This document shows, piece after piece, positions 58,307 through 64,000 of a stretch of DNA of 64,000 nucleotides (positions are counted from its first letter, which is position 1; every line of letters begins with the position of its first letter). Origin of the DNA: Klebsormidium nitens (lineage: Eukaryota > Plantae > Klebsormidiophyceae); NCBI GenBank assembly GCA_000708835.1, contig DF237004.1, positions 69,480-133,479 of the forward strand, given 5' to 3'. The notes beneath the pieces were generated by a model. That model was given only the letters and a program-made list of their open reading frames with translations, did no database searches and was not told the origin of the DNA. A program made the translations under genes and the position numbers.

Positions 58307-61300
58307 ATGGACGAGCCCGATGAAGTCGATTACGGCGACAGCGATGATGATTTTGCAGACCTGGAAGTGGACTTGGACGACGGGCGAGATGCCTTGCCGC
58401 AGCAAGAGGCCGCCTGCGAGCCAATTGACACCGAAGCGGGCCTTCTCTGCTCTGACAAAGAGGAGGGAGAAGCCACTCCCAAAGCGAATCCTCTGGTTGC
58501 AGACACGGGAGCATCCTCTGAGCTCGAGGATGGGGAGTTCATCATGGACTCAGAGCCAATGGTGATTGCTGCAACTTTGCTCTTGAGTATGCTCCGCTCT
58601 ATTGCATTAGTAGAAGGAGTTTCAGTGGTGAACATGTATGAAATAGGAAGGGGTTTAGACATCAAAATGAGTCGTTTGACGAAACCTCTGGTCTCATCAA
58701 GGGGCCTAGCAGAGAGAACAGCATTCCAAGTTCAGACCTCTTCATTCCCGCTCTTTGTCAACAAAGACAGTTCCAAAATTCTGAATCATGTAGACTTCCA
58801 AGAAGGGTTTGCAGCAACTCCGAAGTTGCTCATCCAAGTTCCAATGACAACCACCTGTCAAGTCTCGCGCTCAAAGTTAGGGACTGTGCTAGTTCACCAG
58901 ATCCCTCTCAAGCATCCAGGGCAAGGACATTCCTCTAATGCAGAAAATTACCTTAGACCGCCAGTCAACGGGAGTAGATTTGCAATGTTCCTGCAAAAGA
59001 ACGTGCTCTGCATTTTCTCAATGTGGAGCTCTGCCAGGGCTTCTGAGGGAGACCAATTTCAAGAGCCCTGCACCTGTTGATGAGAGGAGTAGTTTGAGTA
59101 GCAGGGTTGGATGTGACTTGCAGTCTGCTTGATCGCTTAAAACCGGTCTCTGTTTCTTGACGTTGTTCCACAGAGATGGCTCTTCTCTGACAGCACGTAG
59201 CTTTATGATTCTCAGGATGCTTGCAAGGAGTTGCATGCTTTTGGTTGAAAGCATACAGGAACAAACAGGGAGGGGCTAGAGTCAACTCTAGCTAGCTGAA
59301 CAACTGTCTACTTCATTTGAGCAATCCTGGGTGGTTCCATGCTTCAGCGAGCGGAAGGGAAGGGTGGCAAGACTTTATGAACGGAGCAGATATCCTTCTC
59401 AAATTCGTTCGACTAGACGGACTTGAGGTTTCCACGGGTGCCTGATGCTCTCTGGTGCCAAAACGGACAACCTCTGCAAATTCTCTTGAGGTTGATCAAA
59501 GTAAGCTGTCAGTCTGCTCAACCTGTTCAAATAGAATGAGGAAACAGGTGCCGCCGCTTGCTTCTCACACCTTGCATTGCGGTGGATACGACAGCAGCTT
59601 GAAGAGACGGCGTCCGTTCATGAAGCTGCGTCAAAGAGGCAGCCGGACTTTGAAGATGGCTACTCTGAGGACGAGGAAGGAAGGCGAAGAGGAGAGCAGC
59701 ACAGACATCGGCGTAGTCCGGGAGTAGAGCCAGGTCGGGCTGTTTCACACCGCAACAAGCACCTGGATCGAGCGCATGACACTCTTCAAAGGAGCAGGGA
59801 AAGGGAGAGGGATCGAAGAGATGAAGCAAGGGGCAGTGTGGTGCCGCCAGTGCGAGGTTCAGAACGTCACCCGATCCCGAACCAAGGGTAAGTGAAGGCC
59901 TGTCCACCATTGTTTGGTCACGCCAGCGCAGGCATTCCTTTGACAGCAGTCTCTGATTGTTGGAGGTTGTGTGAGTCTGCAGCAATCATCATCCCGTGTT
60001 GTTGACGCTTACTATCTTTGTGGTGCAGGTTCAGGAATGGCTATTCTGATGTGCACTCCCTTGTCCGTGTTGGTAAGCTCCTGTACATCAAAGTGCTACT
60101 AACGTGGCGAAGGCTTTTAGAGGATGTGCATAAGGAGTCTGATTGCATTCCTTCTTCAGACCTTGATCATTTCGAACAATTCAAACCTGCCTCAAACAAG
60201 CGATTGCAACTTGCAGATTGTCAGAATTGCTATCATATCTGCATGTGGAATGCACTAACATTTGGGAAGTAGGCTAGTCAGAATGTTGAAAAAGAGCGGT
60301 TCAGGAAATGCATCATCCAAGTAGAAGCTGTACAAGCTTGCTCTTGAACAATCAAAGTGGTCTGTGGACCCTTGCACAATCACAACCTTCGCACGCCTTA
60401 ACGAGATGCTGTTACCCTATTAGTCTTTGACCAACTTCTTTAAGTATTCACTGCATTCATTGTTTGTGATGGCATCTTGTGTTTTGCAGGCTCTTACCCT
60501 CCTTCGCATCTGGCCCCCCCCCGCCAGATGCTTGATTCAGAACTGGCTAGGCGTCAGCCGCATCCCCATGCAAGCGGACCAGGGGTCCCTTTGCGGCCAA
60601 CGTTTGGCCCTCCACTGGAGATTCGTGCTGGAAGCAGCCTGGCGGTGCAAAGCGTGCGCTCAGGGCAAGGCAACTCCCAAGTCCATGTGAGTTGCAACAA
60701 TGAGCAGGTCAAGAACGGAGCGAGTGCAGATGTTTACAGACAGCTTGGATCCTGCTGCTGTTCATGCTTCGTTCGAGATGGTCAAGTTAATTTTGATGGG
60801 ACTGGAAACTGGTAGCAAAGGTCCTTCCCTGCTTCCTTGGTCTTTGGACAATTCGGTCGCCCTTATCCCTTGATTGTTTCCCTTTAACTTGCACAACGAT
60901 CCTGTTTCATTTCTTGATATCCTGTTTCATTCTTCAATATGCAAGAGCCAATCCTGGAATCTCGTAAAGAGAAAAGCAAAGATCACTGACATGCCCTCCA
61001 CCTCAGTCTCATGACAAGGGCCAGCAGAACATTTCAGGCAACATGCTTTCATTCTTCTCATCGCAACTTCTGCAAGGCCCCCCCTAGCAATCGGCTGGTT
61101 CTCTTTTCTTATCTCGTTTTCATTCCCGACAGATTGTGTACCAACTCTCTGCTGAGCGCCAGCCGCATCTCCATCCAGCGCCCCATGTGCTCCCCCAACC
61201 ACCGCTGCGCCCGCCCATCCTCAGCCATGCCACTTTCGACTTGCGGCCCCCTTTTGGCGGCCCACCTCTCCTTCCGGCCGGGCTGCACCCGCTTCCAGTA

Positions 61301-64000
61301 ATGGCTGCGGGGACTGGTGCGAATGCGCACCGGGTCCCGCTTGTCGCTAACGGGCCTTTCCGCCAAGGCGGCAGACCGTCGAACGCTCCTCCCGGCAGGG
61401 ATCCGCCTCCCCCCCATTCGAGGAATGAGCATCTGCACAGGGGACATTCGAACAGCCCGGGGGGTGAATTTGCGAGGGGAAGTCGGGCCCCCAAGGACGT
61501 TCCCCGGGGGGGCAGCGGGAGGATGGAGTCTGTGAGGGCGCAGCTGGAGGACCAGGGGAACCTGCGGGGGGATCCCCCCAGGGTCAGGTTGAACGGACAC
61601 AGAAGCGCCGTTGCGCCCCCGCCGCCGCCGCCGCCTCCAAGGCGTGCAGATGAGCGGCCGCTGACGTCACGAAGCCCGCCAGCTCCTGCCAGGCGGGCAG
61701 ATGAGCGGGCGCTGACGACACGCAGCCCACCAGCTCCTGCCAGGCGCACGGATGAGCGGCCGCTGACGTCACGGAGCCCGCCGCCTCCTGCCAGGCGCAC
61801 GGATGAGCGGGCGCTGACGTCACGGAGCCCGCCAGCTCCTGCCAGGCGTGCAGATGAGCGTGCGCTGACGTCACGGAGCCCGCCAGCTCCGGCAAGGCGC
61901 GCAGATGAGCGGATGGTGACGTCACGGAGCCCGCCGGCAGATGCCAACGGGAGGGGGGAGGCGAAGCAGCGGCCGAATGTCTCACCGGAGCGAACGAAGG
62001 AGGTTAAGCGGCAGAAGAGTGAGGGTGCGGCGGATGATATTAGCAAGGAGAGGGTCACGGGGTGGTCCGAGGACAGAAGTTTCCGGGGGAATAAGGGAAG
62101 GTCTCCTGGGAAGAGTGAAAGCGAAGGGAGGGAGAGCGGGGGTTCGAGCAAGCGGGAAACGAGCGCCGACAGGGTGCAGGACTTCCAGCGAAGCCCTGCG
62201 GTCGGTAAGAATGTTGACATTGAGAAGCAGCCCAGGACCTCTGATGGGGACCGGAAGCTGACGGAGAAAAAGGAGGAAGGCTTGAGTAACGATCGAAGGG
62301 GTAGCGAGGACCGCAGAACTTCGTCGGTCAGGGCAGAAGCGAACGGGGAGGCGGACAAGAAGGTCTCGGGTCGAGATAGCTCGGAACCGCACAGGAGCGC
62401 TTCTCGCAGTTCCCACGAGTTGCGGAGGTCTGAAGAGGGCGACCGGTCGACCAAGAGAAAGAGAGAGGACGACGCCAGGGGTTCGGAGGAGAGGGAGAAG
62501 GAAGCGAGGGAGAAGGAGATGAGACACCGGGCGCTCCAGATTCTGGAGGCGGGCCGGCACAAGAAGCGGAAGGAGAGGGAAGAGCAGCGGAGAAACGACC
62601 CCGGGGGGCATGAACCGGGCACGTCGGGGCGCGAGGGTCATCGGTCGGGTTTGCAGGGGGTGAGGAAGGACGGGAGGGACAAGAAAGCCCAGCGAAACTA
62701 TCGGCGCCCCTCGGAGTTCGATGACAACGACGAGCGGTCTAGGAGTCGGAGCCAGGGGAGGGGCGATAGTTCCGAAGAGCCTCGACGGAGGAGCGCGGAT
62801 TTATGGGACAAGCGCCCGCTGCCAGAGCCGAATGGAGTGGGAAGAACCGGGCGGGGCGGCCATCCAGTTCGGTTGGACGAAAAGGGCGATAGTTTCGAGC
62901 GTTCTCGGGGGGGTTTGTGGGCTGACAGGGGCAACAAGCTCGGAGACGGGCACACACAGCCAAACTCTCGACGGGTGGTCGTTGGGCTTGGTGCGATCGA
63001 ACGAAGGCCGGACCTGCCGAGGTTTTCCGACCGGGACAGGGACTTCAGTTCGAGCAGAAACGCAGCACGCGAGTCTCCCGGGCCGCCGGGGTTTGAGAAC
63101 AGGGCCCCGGCGCCAAGGCCCCGTTTTGGGGGTAATCCGGAGACTTGGGTGGGGCGGCTTGGAGACCCCGACCGCGCTGATGGGCTGCAAAGGAGCGGAA
63201 GCGGGCCAGTCGTCAGCATTGGGGCGAGGCAGCCTTCCAAGTAAGTTCTGGCTTCTGAGTGCCAAGTTTGTGGTAATATCGTCGGCTGGAAGTCAGACTT
63301 CTGTGCTGTGTTGCAGCGTCTTGTGCAGAATCGGGGCGAGGGGCTTTGAAGCGTGATATTGTACCGAGGGGGTTTTGCAGCGCGATCGTTGTACGCAAGT
63401 CTGAGGTGCTTGTGTCGCCAAGTTGGCCGATATGTCAGCCGTTCAATCATCGAGCAAGTTATCACTGCACGCACGAGCTTTCTTCTATCTACTTGTCCGA
63501 TAGAATTTCTTTGAAAGTAGAGTCTGTGTATATCCAGCGTCAGTATGCAACTGTGTTGACGTGCCATAGCTCCTCGTTTTAAACTACAAAACTTTCAAAG
63601 ACCTCAAACTCGTCTCGATTCCCACTGTTATGTCCCGTGCAGAACGCTTGCTGTGAATAATTTGCCGGAGAACATCAAGTCAGGGCGCATTCTGGACATC
63701 TTCAACAAGTACGGGCCAGTGCAGGTAAGGCGCTGCCAACGCCTTTTCAAACAGTCGCAGGCACCTTTCAACCGTCTCGGAGAAATAGGCAGATGACTGC
63801 GTGGGACCATCTTTGGTGGGCGTGGATTGCTCTGTGTGATCGGAGCGAAGGTGCTTGCAATGGGTCGGGAAGAACGTTCTTTGATCCACGGGATCTTGTG
63901 GTTTGCTTCGGAAAAAATGCCCCGAGTTAGATCCCCGAACTGTGAGGCTGCCTCAACCCGCATTTTCCAATCAATGCACGTCAGCTGCGTCTTCTGAATC
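58307..64000 (+). CDS. Large low-complexity (acidic, Arg/Ser/Pro-rich) RRM-containing RNA-binding protein; continues beyond the window
   Basis: Exons 58307-58561, 59595-59887, 60029-60072, 60490-60686, 61133-63240, 63643-63724 (K|TLAVNNLPENIKSGRILDIFNKYGPVQ, RNP2-type RRM start), probable next exon from 63985. Phases are consistent. Confidence 0.75.
61640..61945 (+). repeat. Coding 51-bp tandem repeat x6 (RRADERPLTSRSPPAPA)
   Basis: Six contiguous 17-codon units with no spacers. Confidence 0.95.

Noticed and set aside
61640-61945. Regular 51-bp repeats as a possible CRISPR array
   Set aside because: The units are contiguous with no unique spacers, in frame within a eukaryotic exon, and there are no cas genes.
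61120-62622. 500-aa antisense ORF, and other long antisense or overlapping ORFs (e.g. 49261-50280, 49623-50411, 40113-41064)
   Set aside because: These are shadows of GC-rich, low-complexity coding exons on the opposite strand, with no independent motifs or splice signals.

Overview
Eukaryotic, intron-rich genomic DNA with GC3-rich exons and AT/pyrimidine-richer introns. The gene content and style best fit a streptophyte green alga such as Klebsormidium; this is an inference, no search was run. I assembled nine protein-coding genes by hand from GT-AG boundaries and reading-frame phase: (1) an At1g02890/At4g02480-type AAA+ ATPase with a long N-terminal targeting/TM extension (minus, runs off the left edge); (2) a TM-anchored U-box E3 ligase, head-to-head with it; (3,4) two tandem PCC13-62-like ferritin-fold desiccation-related proteins with different C-terminal tails; (5) a bacterial-looking alpha/beta-hydrolase lacking the canonical Ser and His; (6) 40S ribosomal protein SA; (7) condensin I subunit CAP-D2; (8) a CCDC47-like PAT-complex subunit; (9) a low-complexity RRM protein (runs off the right edge). 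The most striking unexplained structure is a pervasive set of 'exon echoes'. These are direct, degenerate copies of exon ends, with their splice sites, stacked in the adjacent introns of five genes. In the cases I worked through they cannot be translated productively, yet they differ from the real exon mostly at synonymous positions, and one series looks like a stepwise record of past exon states. No CRISPR array, intact transposon, rRNA or tRNA was recognised.
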